Source of the DNA: Candidatus Limnocylindrales bacterium
GTDB lineage: Bacteria > Chloroflexota > Limnocylindria > Limnocylindrales > CSP1-4
DNA: 64,000 nucleotides
Direction of reading: 5' to 3'
NCBI GenBank assembly: GCA_036003325.1
Contig: DASYSM010000025.1
Coordinates: 2,633-66,632, forward strand
Made by a program: the position numbers and the translations under genes. Within the stretch, counting starts at the first letter, position 1. Each line of letters opens with the position of its first letter. The notes beneath the pieces are model-generated. The model saw only the letters and a list, made by a program, of their open reading frames with translations. It made no database searches and was not told where the DNA came from. Shown here piece after piece: positions 35,381 to 42,985 of the stretch.

Positions 35381-36232
35381 TCAGTCTAGCGCGGCGACGA
35401 CATCGGCCAACGTCTCGGCGATGCCGTCGGGGCCGCGCCCACGACGCGCGACGGTCGCGAGGTCGGATCGCCTGGTCTTGCCCGACAGCACCAGCACCCC
35501 GCGCAGACCGACGCGCTGGGCCGCGGCGACGTCGGCCAGGGGGTCGTCACCGACCATCGCGAAGCTGAACGCCGGGAGGCGCTCGCCGAGATCGCCGCGC
35601 AGCCCGTCGATGGCCTGCCGGAAGACCTCGGGCGACGGCTTGCCCAGGACCCGCGCACGCTGACCCGTCGCGAACTCGAGCCCGGCCACGAACCCGCCCG
35701 CATCGAGCGTCTCGCCCCTGTCGGTCAGCCACCAGGGATTGCGGTGCATCGCCAGCAGCTCGGCGCCGCCGCGAACGAGGCGGAAGGCGACATCGAGGTT
35801 GCGGTAGGACAGGTCGTCGCCCGCGTCGCCGATGACGACCGCCCCCACCGTCCCCCCCGGCTCAGCCTCCGCCTCGTCGGCGGTCAGGCGGCGCTGGCCG
35901 TCGAATTCTCGCGCAGCATCGTCGGCGGCCAGCACGAACAGCGGGCGACCCGGGTGGGCGGCGGCGGTGTAGGCGGCCGTCGCCGACGACGCGGTGATCA
36001 TCGCGCCGGGGTCGATCGCGAGGCCGGCCTTGGCGAACCAGCCGGCCAGCGTCTCGCGGTGGAGCTGCGAGAAGTTCGTGACCACGCGGAACGGGATCCG
36101 GCGATCCTGGAGCGCACCGATGGCGGCGATCGAGCCCGGCAGCGGGGCGCCCTTCAGGACGATGACGCCATCGGCGTCGAGGATGAGCCCGCGGACGCCG
36201 CCGAGTGCGTCATGGAGTCCGTCCCGCGTCAT
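35381..36232 (-). CDS. HAD-superfamily hydrolase, subfamily IIA
   Basis: Motif I is LILDADGVI, motif II is VVTNFS and motif IV is MVGDDPLADV. I trimmed it to ATG 36232 from ORF 35381..36364. Confidence 0.75.
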   Translation of the reverse strand: MTRDGLHDALGGVRGLILDADGVIVLKGAPLPGSIAAIGALQDRRIPFRVVTNFSQLHRETLAGWFAKAGLAIDPGAMITASSATAAYTAAAHPGRPLFVLAADDAAREFDGQRRLTADEAEAEPGGTVGAVVIGDAGDDLSYRNLDVAFRLVRGGAELLAMHRNPWWLTDRGETLDAGGFVAGLEFATGQRARVLGKPSPEVFRQAIDGLRGDLGERLPAFSFAMVGDDPLADVAAAQRVGLRGVLVLSGKTRRSDLATVARRGRGPDGIAETLADVVAALD

Positions 36233-36277
36233 CGGCCGATGGTAGGCTGCCGACCGATGGCACGCCTGGAGGATGGG

Positions 36278-37057
36278 ATGGGACTGCTCGACGGCAAGAC
36301 GGCGCTCATCTTCGGCGTCGCCAACGACCACTCGATCGCATGGGGCATCGCACAGGCCCTCCACGAGGCGGGCGCCGAGGTCGGGTTCTCATCGGTCGAA
36401 GGTCTGATCGAGAAGAGGGTCCGGCCGCTCGCCGAGTCGATCGGCGCGACATTCATCGAGCCATGCGATGTCGGCTCGGACGAGCAGATCCGGCACGTCT
36501 TCGATCGCTGGGGCGCGACCCACGACTCGCTCGACGTCCTCGTCCACGCGCTCGCGTTCGCAAAGCGCGAAGAGCTCGAAGGGGCATACGTGGATACGTC
36601 CCGTGACGGCTTCGCGCTGGCGCTCGACATCTCGGCCTACTCACTGGTGGCCCTCGCTCATGCGGCGCGGCCGCAGCTTCGTCGTGGGTCCTCGATCATC
36701 ACGCTGACCTACTACGGCGCCGAGAAGGTTGTCGCCAACTACAACGTGATGGGGGTCGCGAAGGCCGCACTCGAGGCATCCGTCCGCTACCTCGCGGCCG
36801 ACCTCGGCCCCGACGGCATCCGCGTCAACGCGATCAGCGCAGGGCCCGTACGGACGCTCGCGGCCGCGGGCATCGCGGGGTTCAAGGGGATGTACCGCGG
36901 CTTCGCCGACGTCGCGCCGTTGCGAGCCAACATCACGCCCGAGGACGTCGGACGGTCCGCGCTGTACCTCGCGTCGGACCTGTCGAGTGCGGTGACGGGC
37001 GAAGTGCTCTACGTCGACGGCGGGTTCAACGTGGTGGGCGTGCCGACCGGGGAGTGA
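36278..37057 (+). CDS. fabI: enoyl-[acyl-carrier-protein] reductase (NADH) FabI
   Basis: The start MGLLDGKTALIFGVANDHSIAWGIA is canonical. The Tyr/Lys catalytic region is YYGAEKVVANYNVMGVAKAALE, and RVNAISAGPVRTLAA is present. ATG 36278 follows GGAGG. I trimmed it from ORF 35744..37057. Confidence 0.9.
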   Translation: MGLLDGKTALIFGVANDHSIAWGIAQALHEAGAEVGFSSVEGLIEKRVRPLAESIGATFIEPCDVGSDEQIRHVFDRWGATHDSLDVLVHALAFAKREELEGAYVDTSRDGFALALDISAYSLVALAHAARPQLRRGSSIITLTYYGAEKVVANYNVMGVAKAALEASVRYLAADLGPDGIRVNAISAGPVRTLAAAGIAGFKGMYRGFADVAPLRANITPEDVGRSALYLASDLSSAVTGEVLYVDGGFNVVGVPTGE

Positions 37058-37062
37058 CGACG

Positions 37063-37143
37063 GGGCGGTCCGCGGCGTCGGGGCGGTCCGTTACTGCAGG
37101 GCGGTCCGCGGCTGCGCGGCGGTCGTGGCTGCGCGGCGGTCGT
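37063..37143. repeat. short tandem repeats immediately after the fabI stop
   Basis: GGGCGGTCCG occurs at 37063, 37081 and 37099 (18-bp period). GCTGCGCGGCGGTCGT occurs at 37111 and 37128 (17-bp period). Confidence 0.8.
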
Positions 37144-37233
37144 TGCGATCGGGCTGTTCGTGGCGCGGATGCTGTGCGGCTCGGCCTGGGCCGGATGTGG
37201 CACGTGCCGCACGGCTCAGCCCGGGCGGAACGT

Positions 37234-37357
37234 GGTGACCCACGGTCACCGATTCTGGCGCGAAGGGTCCCCGCCGGCCTCGGCGGCAGCCCGCTGGTGA
37301 CCCACGGTCACCGATTTTGGCGCGAAGGCTCCCCGCCGGCCTCGGCGGCAGCCCGCT
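37234..37357. repeat. 62-bp tandem duplication (two full units, two mismatches)
   Basis: Unit 37234-37295 and unit 37296-37357 differ only at GATTCTGG/GATTTTGG and AAGGGTCC/AAGGCTCC. Confidence 0.9.
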
Positions 37358-37624
37358 GGTGACCAACGGTCACCGATATCGGGCCCTGGCACGGCGACGG
37401 ACACCGCTGAGGGCGCGATCGGTGACCACGGGTCACCGCGAGGCCGGTTCGGGTCGCTGGCCGGCTCCATCCGGCCGCGATCGGTGACCGCCGGTCACCA
37501 CGCGGCGGCGAGCGTCGGCTCCGACCACGCTGGCAGCTGGGATCGGTGACCGCCGGTCACCAGCGCCGGGGCGGCCGTCGGCGCGGACCACCCTTTGTGC
37601 CCCGATCGGTGACCGCCGGTCACC
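37234..37624. repeat. array of seven phased 17-bp palindromes GGTGACC-N3-GGTCACC (REP/BIME-like or protein-binding array)
   Basis: The copies lie at 37234-50, 37296-312, 37358-74, 37421-37, 37483-99, 37545-61 and 37608-24, with start-to-start spacing of 62, 62, 63, 62, 62 and 63 bp. The CGAT flank is 3' of copies 1-3 and 5' of copies 4-7. Confidence 0.9.
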
Positions 37625-37637
37625 ACCGCCGTGGCGG

Positions 37638-37790
37638 CTGTCCGCGCCGCTGTCCACGCGGCGGCCGCTGTCCATGCCGCTGTCCACGCGGCGGCGCCTC
37701 GTCCGCGCCGCTGTCCATGCTGCGGCGGCTGTCCGCGCTCCCGTCCGCGCCGCCTTCCGCGCCTCCGTCCGCGCCGCCTTCTGCGTCGCT
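37638..37790. repeat. degenerate GC-rich tandem repeats (30-bp and 24-bp periods) abutting the Fur-gene stop
   Basis: GCCGCTGTCCACGCGGCGG is exact at 37646-64 and 37676-94. GCCGCTGTCCATGC occurs at 37664-77 and 37707-20. GTCCGCGCCGCCTTC occurs at 37743-57 and 37767-81. Confidence 0.8.
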
Positions 37791-38257
37791 CATCCGCCAA
37801 GGGCGGCGGCGCAGTCGGCGCACCGGCCGGAGATGGACAGATGGCTGAGATCGACCGCGAACGCGCGTCGCCGCTCGAGCGAAGCGACCAGCGCTCCGGC
37901 CTCGTCGGCGTCGATCTCCCAGGTGGTCCCGCAGCCGATGCAGTGGAGATGTCCGTGGGCCGCGGTCGGCAGGACGTGGAACTCCTCGCGCCCGTCGGCG
38001 GCGTGGCTGTGGCTCAACAGTCCCAGCTCTTCGAGAACGTCGAGCGTTCGGTAGACGGTCGACGGGATCGTCCCCGGGTCGACCGCGCGGCACCGTTCGA
38101 CGAGCTCGGCGCCGGTGACGTGACCGTCGGTTCGAGCCAGGACGTCGATCAGCACCCGACGTTGCGGCGTCCAGCGGAGGCCGCGCGCGTGCAGCCGGTC
38201 CCGGACGTCGGCCCAGGCGACGGACGCCGGCGCATCGATCGATCCAGAAGCGGTCAT
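37790..38257 (-). CDS. Fur family transcriptional regulator (Zur/Nur-like)
   Basis: The DNA-binding helix reads RWTPQRRVLIDVL..HVTGAELV..TVYRTLDVLEELGLL. The metal sites are HSHAADG, HGHLHCIGCG and GRCADC. Confidence 0.85.
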   Translation of the reverse strand: MTASGSIDAPASVAWADVRDRLHARGLRWTPQRRVLIDVLARTDGHVTGAELVERCRAVDPGTIPSTVYRTLDVLEELGLLSHSHAADGREEFHVLPTAAHGHLHCIGCGTTWEIDADEAGALVASLERRRAFAVDLSHLSISGRCADCAAALGG

Positions 38258-38281
38258 CGCGCGAAAGGATAGTCGACGGGT

Positions 38282-38309
38282 GCAACAGGGTACAAATGCG
38301 ACCCGTTGC
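38282..38309. promoter_or_regulatory. imperfect inverted repeat GCAACAGGGT-N9-ACCCGTTGC in the fur/transporter divergent spacer
   Basis: The arms match at 9 of 10 positions with one indel. The repeat is centred between the Fur-family start (38257) and the transporter start. It contains TGCAAC/GTTGCG words reminiscent of Nur-type TTGCAA half-sites. Confidence 0.3.
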
Positions 38310-38364
38310 GATATCGAGGCGGGTCGGGTACCCTCATGAGCCCGATCCCAGCGAGGAGCCCACG

Positions 38365-39336
38365 TTGTTCGACCTGATCGGTGCCACCGCCGCCATCGCT
38401 CCCGCCGCCGACCTCGGCCTGCTGCTGACCGCCCTCTTGCTGGGCGTCCGGCACGGGATCGATTGGGACCACATCGCGGCGATCACCGATATCACCAGCA
38501 CGACCGCCGCGGCCGGCATGGGCGATGCGGCCCACGCGGGCCAGCATCGCGACATGGCCGGTCACGCCCACGGCCACGGTGGTGATCCCGAGATGCGGGC
38601 ACATGACGCCGGGCCGGGCGGTGCGACTCTCGCGCCGGCACTCGCGCTGCGACCGACGGTCGGCCGGACGCGCTTCCTGTCCGGTCAGGCCGACGCCATC
38701 CGTCTCGGCTCGCTGTATGCGCTCGGTCACGGGCTCGTCGTCATCGTGCTCGGCCTGGCCGCCATCGCCTTCGGCGCGATCCTGCCCGACTGGCTCGACC
38801 CGTTGATGGGCCGGATCGTGGGGTTCACTCTGGTCGCCCTCGGCGTCTGGGTCATGTACTCGATCTATCGCTACGCGCGGGCGGGCGAACGCTTCCGGCT
38901 GCGCAGCCGCTGGATGCTCGTGTTCGACACGATCCGCTACGGCTGGCGCCGACTCCAGGCCCGCCTGCACGGCCACGAGCACGTCGAGCCGCTCGAGATG
39001 AGCTCGTACGGCGCACGGACCTCGTTCGGGGTCGGAATGATCCACGGCATCGGCGCGGAGACAGGGACCCAGGTGCTCCTGATCGCAGCCGTCGGCGGCG
39101 CCTCGAGCGCCGGCCTGGGCATCCCGATGCTGTTCGCCTTCGTCGTCGGGCTGCTGCTGTCGAACCTGGTGATCGTGCTGATCAGCTCGGCCAGCTTCGT
39201 GTCGAGCCAGGCCCGGGAGCGGCTCTACGTCGCGATCGGCGCGGTGGCCGGCCTGTTCAGCCTGTTCGTCGGAACGATCTTCCTGTTCGGGCTGAGTGGG
39301 TCGCTCCCCGACCTCGGTGGGATCCTGCCCTTCTGA
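38365..39336 (+). CDS. NiCoT-like (HoxN/HupN/NixA superfamily) nickel/cobalt transporter with His-rich loop
   Basis: The HX4DH signature is present in LGVRHGIDWDHIAAITD. YALGHGLVV and MIHGIGAETGTQ are also present. The His-rich loop reads HAGQHRDMAGHAHGHGGDPEMRAHD. TTG 38365 follows GAGGAG, and the track ORF starts at 38296. Confidence 0.65.
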   Translation: MFDLIGATAAIAPAADLGLLLTALLLGVRHGIDWDHIAAITDITSTTAAAGMGDAAHAGQHRDMAGHAHGHGGDPEMRAHDAGPGGATLAPALALRPTVGRTRFLSGQADAIRLGSLYALGHGLVVIVLGLAAIAFGAILPDWLDPLMGRIVGFTLVALGVWVMYSIYRYARAGERFRLRSRWMLVFDTIRYGWRRLQARLHGHEHVEPLEMSSYGARTSFGVGMIHGIGAETGTQVLLIAAVGGASSAGLGIPMLFAFVVGLLLSNLVIVLISSASFVSSQARERLYVAIGAVAGLFSLFVGTIFLFGLSGSLPDLGGILPF

Positions 39337-39345
39337 CCCCGGCCG

Positions 39346-40227
39346 TCAGCCCTTGATGGCGGTCGCCGGAACCGGCTCGGTCGCAGGTCGCGGGACCCGC
39401 TTGACCGGACGCAGGAAGAGCGTCAGCACGACCACGACGTAGGTCAGCCACGCGACGAAGGTGATGACCTCCGGCGTCGAGGTGTAGCCGAACAGTGCGT
39501 GCAGGAACTGGCCGAGGATGCTGCCGCCATCCTCCTCGTGCGGCAGGACCGCGCTCAGATCGAACAGCGTCTGGGTCCCGATGTTGATGACGTTGATCTC
39601 GATCAACTCGTGGATCGCCTTGGCGACCAGGCCGCCGGCGATGAACACGAGGGCGATCCCGGTCCAGCGGAAGAAGATGGCGAGGTTCAGCCGGCGCGAG
39701 CCGTGGTAGAAGCCGATCCCGAGAAGGCCGGCGATGCCGAGTCCGATGAGCGCTCCGACCAGCACCCAGATCGCGCCCTGATCGGCCGAGGCCGCCTGAC
39801 CGGTCAGGAACAGGGCGGTCTCGATCCCCTCGCGGATCACCGCCACGAAGGCCAGGATCACCAGCGCCGCGACGGACCCGCCGTCGATCGCTCGATCGAC
39901 CTTCGATTGGAGCTCGCCCCGCACGCTGGCAGCCTGGCGCCGCATCCAGAACAGCATCCAGGTCACGACCCCGGCGGCGACCAGCAGGGTGGCTGCCTCG
40001 AACAGCTGCTCGTAGGGCTCCTGGAACGACCCGACGGTGGCGTACAGCGCGAGCCCGAGCACAGCACTGAGCACGACGGCGAGCCCGGCACCCAGGAACA
40101 CGTTCGGGAAGAACCGCGCGTTCCCCGTCTTGGCCAGGTAGGCGCAGATGATGGCGACGATCAGCGCGGCCTCGACACCCTCGCGCAGACCGGTCAGCAG
40201 GCCACTCGTGAACGCTCCGACATCCAT
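39346..40227 (-). CDS. FTR1/EfeU family iron permease
   Basis: Two REXXE motifs are present (LREGVEAAL and IREGIETAL) in a 7-TM protein of 293 aa. Confidence 0.85.
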   Translation of the reverse strand: MDVGAFTSGLLTGLREGVEAALIVAIICAYLAKTGNARFFPNVFLGAGLAVVLSAVLGLALYATVGSFQEPYEQLFEAATLLVAAGVVTWMLFWMRRQAASVRGELQSKVDRAIDGGSVAALVILAFVAVIREGIETALFLTGQAASADQGAIWVLVGALIGLGIAGLLGIGFYHGSRRLNLAIFFRWTGIALVFIAGGLVAKAIHELIEINVINIGTQTLFDLSAVLPHEEDGGSILGQFLHALFGYTSTPEVITFVAWLTYVVVVLTLFLRPVKRVPRPATEPVPATAIKG

Positions 40228-40338
40228 CAGCCGCGGGACCTCCGTATCAAGGGGGCATGACCTCGCTATGCAAGGTCGCTTGTCACCCGGACTCTACCCA
40301 ACCGGCCAGATGAGGTCAAGCGTGGCCGGGATCGGCGG

Positions 40339-41061
40339 TCAGTCGCCCCCGCGGATCTCGAACCGAGCGAGCTTCCAGGTCCCGAGCAGGAACGCTCCGA
40401 CGAGCACGACGCCGAGCACGAGCACGCAGACCCCGGGCGCCAGGGGGGTGCTGCCCGGCACGTCCACACCGAGAGCCGAGGCGAGCCCCAGCGTGGCCTG
40501 GCGGATCGACAGGAACTTGGTTCCCTCGAGGATCCCGGACAGCACGCCCTCCCAGATGAGCACGTAGCCGAGACCCACCAGCAAGGCCCGCGACGTGAAG
40601 ATGCTGAGGGTCAGGAATGCCGCGGCGTAGGCACTGCCGCCGACCAGACAGGCGACCGAGTAGCCGACGACCGCCGTCGTCGGGTCGTTTCCGCTCCCGA
40701 GCAGGAGCCCCGCGATGACGATCGACGGGATCACGAGGACTGCGGTCAGCCCGACAGCCACCAGCATCTTGGCGAGGACGATCTTCCAGCGCGCGATCGG
40801 CTTGATCATCAGGTAGACCGCGGTCCCGTCCTCGATCTCCGAGCCGATCGCGGCCGTGCCGATGATCAACGCGACGAGCGGCATGACCGTTCGGACGACC
40901 AGGGTGTCGAGGACACGGTCGGCATCCGGACGCCCGCCGCTGACACGGACCAGCAACCCGATCAGCACTGGGAGCCCGACCAGCAGGATGAGCAGGATCA
41001 TCCGCCGCCGGCTCAGCAGCCCGCGCAGCGTGACATCGACGATCGGGGCGACGACGCTCAC
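40339..41061 (-). CDS. ABC-2 type transporter permease
   Basis: The 240-aa, 6-TM protein has a start that overlaps the upstream ATPase stop by 4 nt. Confidence 0.7.
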   Translation of the reverse strand: MSVVAPIVDVTLRGLLSRRRMILLILLVGLPVLIGLLVRVSGGRPDADRVLDTLVVRTVMPLVALIIGTAAIGSEIEDGTAVYLMIKPIARWKIVLAKMLVAVGLTAVLVIPSIVIAGLLLGSGNDPTTAVVGYSVACLVGGSAYAAAFLTLSIFTSRALLVGLGYVLIWEGVLSGILEGTKFLSIRQATLGLASALGVDVPGSTPLAPGVCVLVLGVVLVGAFLLGTWKLARFEIRGGD

Positions 41062-42044
41062 CGGCGGACCAGGTAGCTGAACACGCTCTCGAGCGAATCG
41101 TCGGTCGGCGCGACCTCGAACAGGGTCACGGCGTTGGCTCGTGCGACCTGTGGCAGGGCCCGCGTGAATCCGTCGTAATCGGCGGTCCGGATGGCCAGCC
41201 GGCCCCCGACCAGCTCGGCGCCGAACACGGACGGGTCCGCGAGCAACGCCGATCCGAGACGCCGGTCATCGGACGAGACGACCGTGAACGTGTGGGGCCG
41301 GTCGGTCATCAACCGCCGGATGGAGCGGAAGTCGCCGGCAGCGGCCAGCCGTCCGGCATAGACCACCAGGACCGAATCGGCGACCCGCTCGACCTCCTCG
41401 AGGATGTGCGACGAGAAGAGGATCGTTCGGCCCTCGGCCGCCATCGAGCGCAGCAGGGCCATCATGTGCAGCCGCTGGCGCGGATCGAGGCCGTTGAACG
41501 GCTCGTCGAGGAGCAGGACGCGCGGGTCGTGGACGAGCGCGCCGGCCAGCTTGGCCCGCTGGCGCATCCCCTTCGAGTAGGTGCCGATCGGGCGTTCCGC
41601 GGCCTCGGTCAGGTCGACCGCTGCGATCGCCCGGGCGGCCGCCGCGTCGGGATCGGGGACGCCCTGGAGACGCGCGTTGAACCGGGCGAAGCCGAGCCCG
41701 GTCAGGTACGGATGGACCGCCTCGCGCTCGGGTACGAGCCCGATCTGGCGGTACATCGCGGGCCGCCGCCAGGCCGACTCCCCGCCGACCAGGACCCGGC
41801 CCGCGGACGGCGCGAGGAGCCCTGCCATGAGGTGGAGCAGCGTGGATTTGCCGGCGCCGTTGGGGCCGAGCAGGCCCGTCACACCGGCACCGAGCGCGAA
41901 CGAGATGTCGTTGACGGCGACGACGTTGCCGTACCAGCGTGAGACGTGATCCACCTCGAGGGCGGCCGTCGGGCGCGGTGTCGGCGGCGGGGCGGCCTGG
42001 GGAACGCCGATCGGAGGCGTGTTCGCGCCGCTCGGGTCGGTCAT
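41058..42044 (-). CDS. ABC transporter ATP-binding protein
   Basis: Walker A is GPNGAGKST, the signature is YSKGMRQR and Walker B is LLLDEPFNGLD. There is a C-terminal extension domain. Confidence 0.9.
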   Translation of the reverse strand: MTDPSGANTPPIGVPQAAPPPTPRPTAALEVDHVSRWYGNVVAVNDISFALGAGVTGLLGPNGAGKSTLLHLMAGLLAPSAGRVLVGGESAWRRPAMYRQIGLVPEREAVHPYLTGLGFARFNARLQGVPDPDAAAARAIAAVDLTEAAERPIGTYSKGMRQRAKLAGALVHDPRVLLLDEPFNGLDPRQRLHMMALLRSMAAEGRTILFSSHILEEVERVADSVLVVYAGRLAAAGDFRSIRRLMTDRPHTFTVVSSDDRRLGSALLADPSVFGAELVGGRLAIRTADYDGFTRALPQVARANAVTLFEVAPTDDSLESVFSYLVRR

Positions 42045-42985
42045 GCCGCGATCCGCAGGTAGCGCCGGACGGTCAGCCCGACGGCGACGGCGATCTCGAC
42101 CGCGGCTGCCGCAACGTACAGCCAGCCCGGGAGGTCGAGCGACGCGACGACGGGGCTGTCGGGGATGGAGCCGAAGATCGCGGCGTTGGTGCCGTCGAGC
42201 ACGTCGACCGGGCTGAACAGGATGACGGCGCGGGCAAGGTCCTGGTTGGTCAGGCCGCCGATGAGGGCGACGATGATCGGCGGGATGATGAAGACCGCGA
42301 TGATGGCCGCGGTCGCGTAGGCACGGCGCGGGGTCCAGGCCGCGATCAGGCTTGCCAGCGCGCTCAGCAGACCCGCGACCAGCGCCGCCTGGAGCACGAA
42401 GTGCGGGACCTGCGGGAGCTCGTTGGACAACCCGGCGATCGGGTCCGGAGCGACCAGCACCCGCCCGACGAACAGCACGACGTAGGGCGAGACCTCGACC
42501 ACGAAGACGGCCGCCATCAGGCCGCCGACCTTGGCCAGCGCGTAGTCGGTGCGGGTCAGGACGCGCGAGAAGTAGAGCGGCAGGACGCCGTAGCGCTGGT
42601 CCCGTCCGAACAGCTCGGGAGCCTGCGCGGCACAGAACAGCGCGATGAAGATCGACAGCAGACCGTGGTAGTTCTCATAGCGGATCGGCGAGGCATCGGC
42701 CAGCGCGCCGCCCCCCGCCTGGGTCGACAACGCCACGAAACCGACCGCCAGCACGGCCGGCAGGAGGTAGAGCACCCAGAGCGTGAACGGCGCGACCTTG
42801 GCCCGTCCTCCACGACCGATCCCGAAGCTCGACCGGACGGTCTGCGCGAACAACGCGACGACGGCGCTCCGCCGACCGAGACGCGGACCGAGGTATGCCT
42901 GGTAGCCCAGGTCGTAGATGCTGCCGCCCGGCCCCCGTGCCGAGGTCGGGGCGCCGCCGGACGGCTGCGAGGTGCTGTCCGTCAC
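42041..42985 (-). CDS. ABC-2 type transporter permease
   Basis: The protein is polytopic. GTG 42985 overlaps the upstream ATPase stop (GTGA). I trimmed it from ORF 42041..43348. Confidence 0.7.
   Translation of the reverse strand: MTDSTSQPSGGAPTSARGPGGSIYDLGYQAYLGPRLGRRSAVVALFAQTVRSSFGIGRGGRAKVAPFTLWVLYLLPAVLAVGFVALSTQAGGGALADASPIRYENYHGLLSIFIALFCAAQAPELFGRDQRYGVLPLYFSRVLTRTDYALAKVGGLMAAVFVVEVSPYVVLFVGRVLVAPDPIAGLSNELPQVPHFVLQAALVAGLLSALASLIAAWTPRRAYATAAIIAVFIIPPIIVALIGGLTNQDLARAVILFSPVDVLDGTNAAIFGSIPDSPVVASLDLPGWLYVAAAAVEIAVAVGLTVRRYLRIAA

Noticed and set aside
37421-37624. Possible mini-CRISPR array: four 21-bp repeats (GATCGGTGACCGCCGGTCACC) separated by unique 41-42 nt spacers, with a period of 62-63 bp.
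   Set aside because: The repeat is shorter than any CRISPR repeat class I know of, and it is a perfect palindrome. No cas genes or leader sequence are in the window. The left part of the same array (37234-37374) has near-identical 'spacers', which means tandem duplication. The unit also inverts mid-array, which CRISPR arrays do not do.
37234-37624. Chromosomal origin (DnaA-box cluster) or parS centromere.
   Set aside because: There are no TTATCCACA-like DnaA boxes, no AT-rich unwinding element and no dnaA, dnaN or parAB genes nearby. The palindrome does not match the parS consensus TGTTNCACGTGAAACA. A different centromere-like function cannot be excluded and is retained as a hypothesis in the findings.
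37091-38285. ORFs predicted across the repeat spacer: 37091..37366, 37246..37470, 37433..37687 and 37495..37800 on the minus strand; 37546..37848, 37631..38272 and 37674..38054 on the plus strand; and 37620..38285 on the minus strand.
   Set aside because: They are open only because of GC-rich repeats. They encode Arg/Gly/Pro/Ala low-complexity peptides that simply mirror the palindromes on both strands, and they lack Shine-Dalgarno sequences. Several also overlap the well-supported Fur-family gene out of frame.
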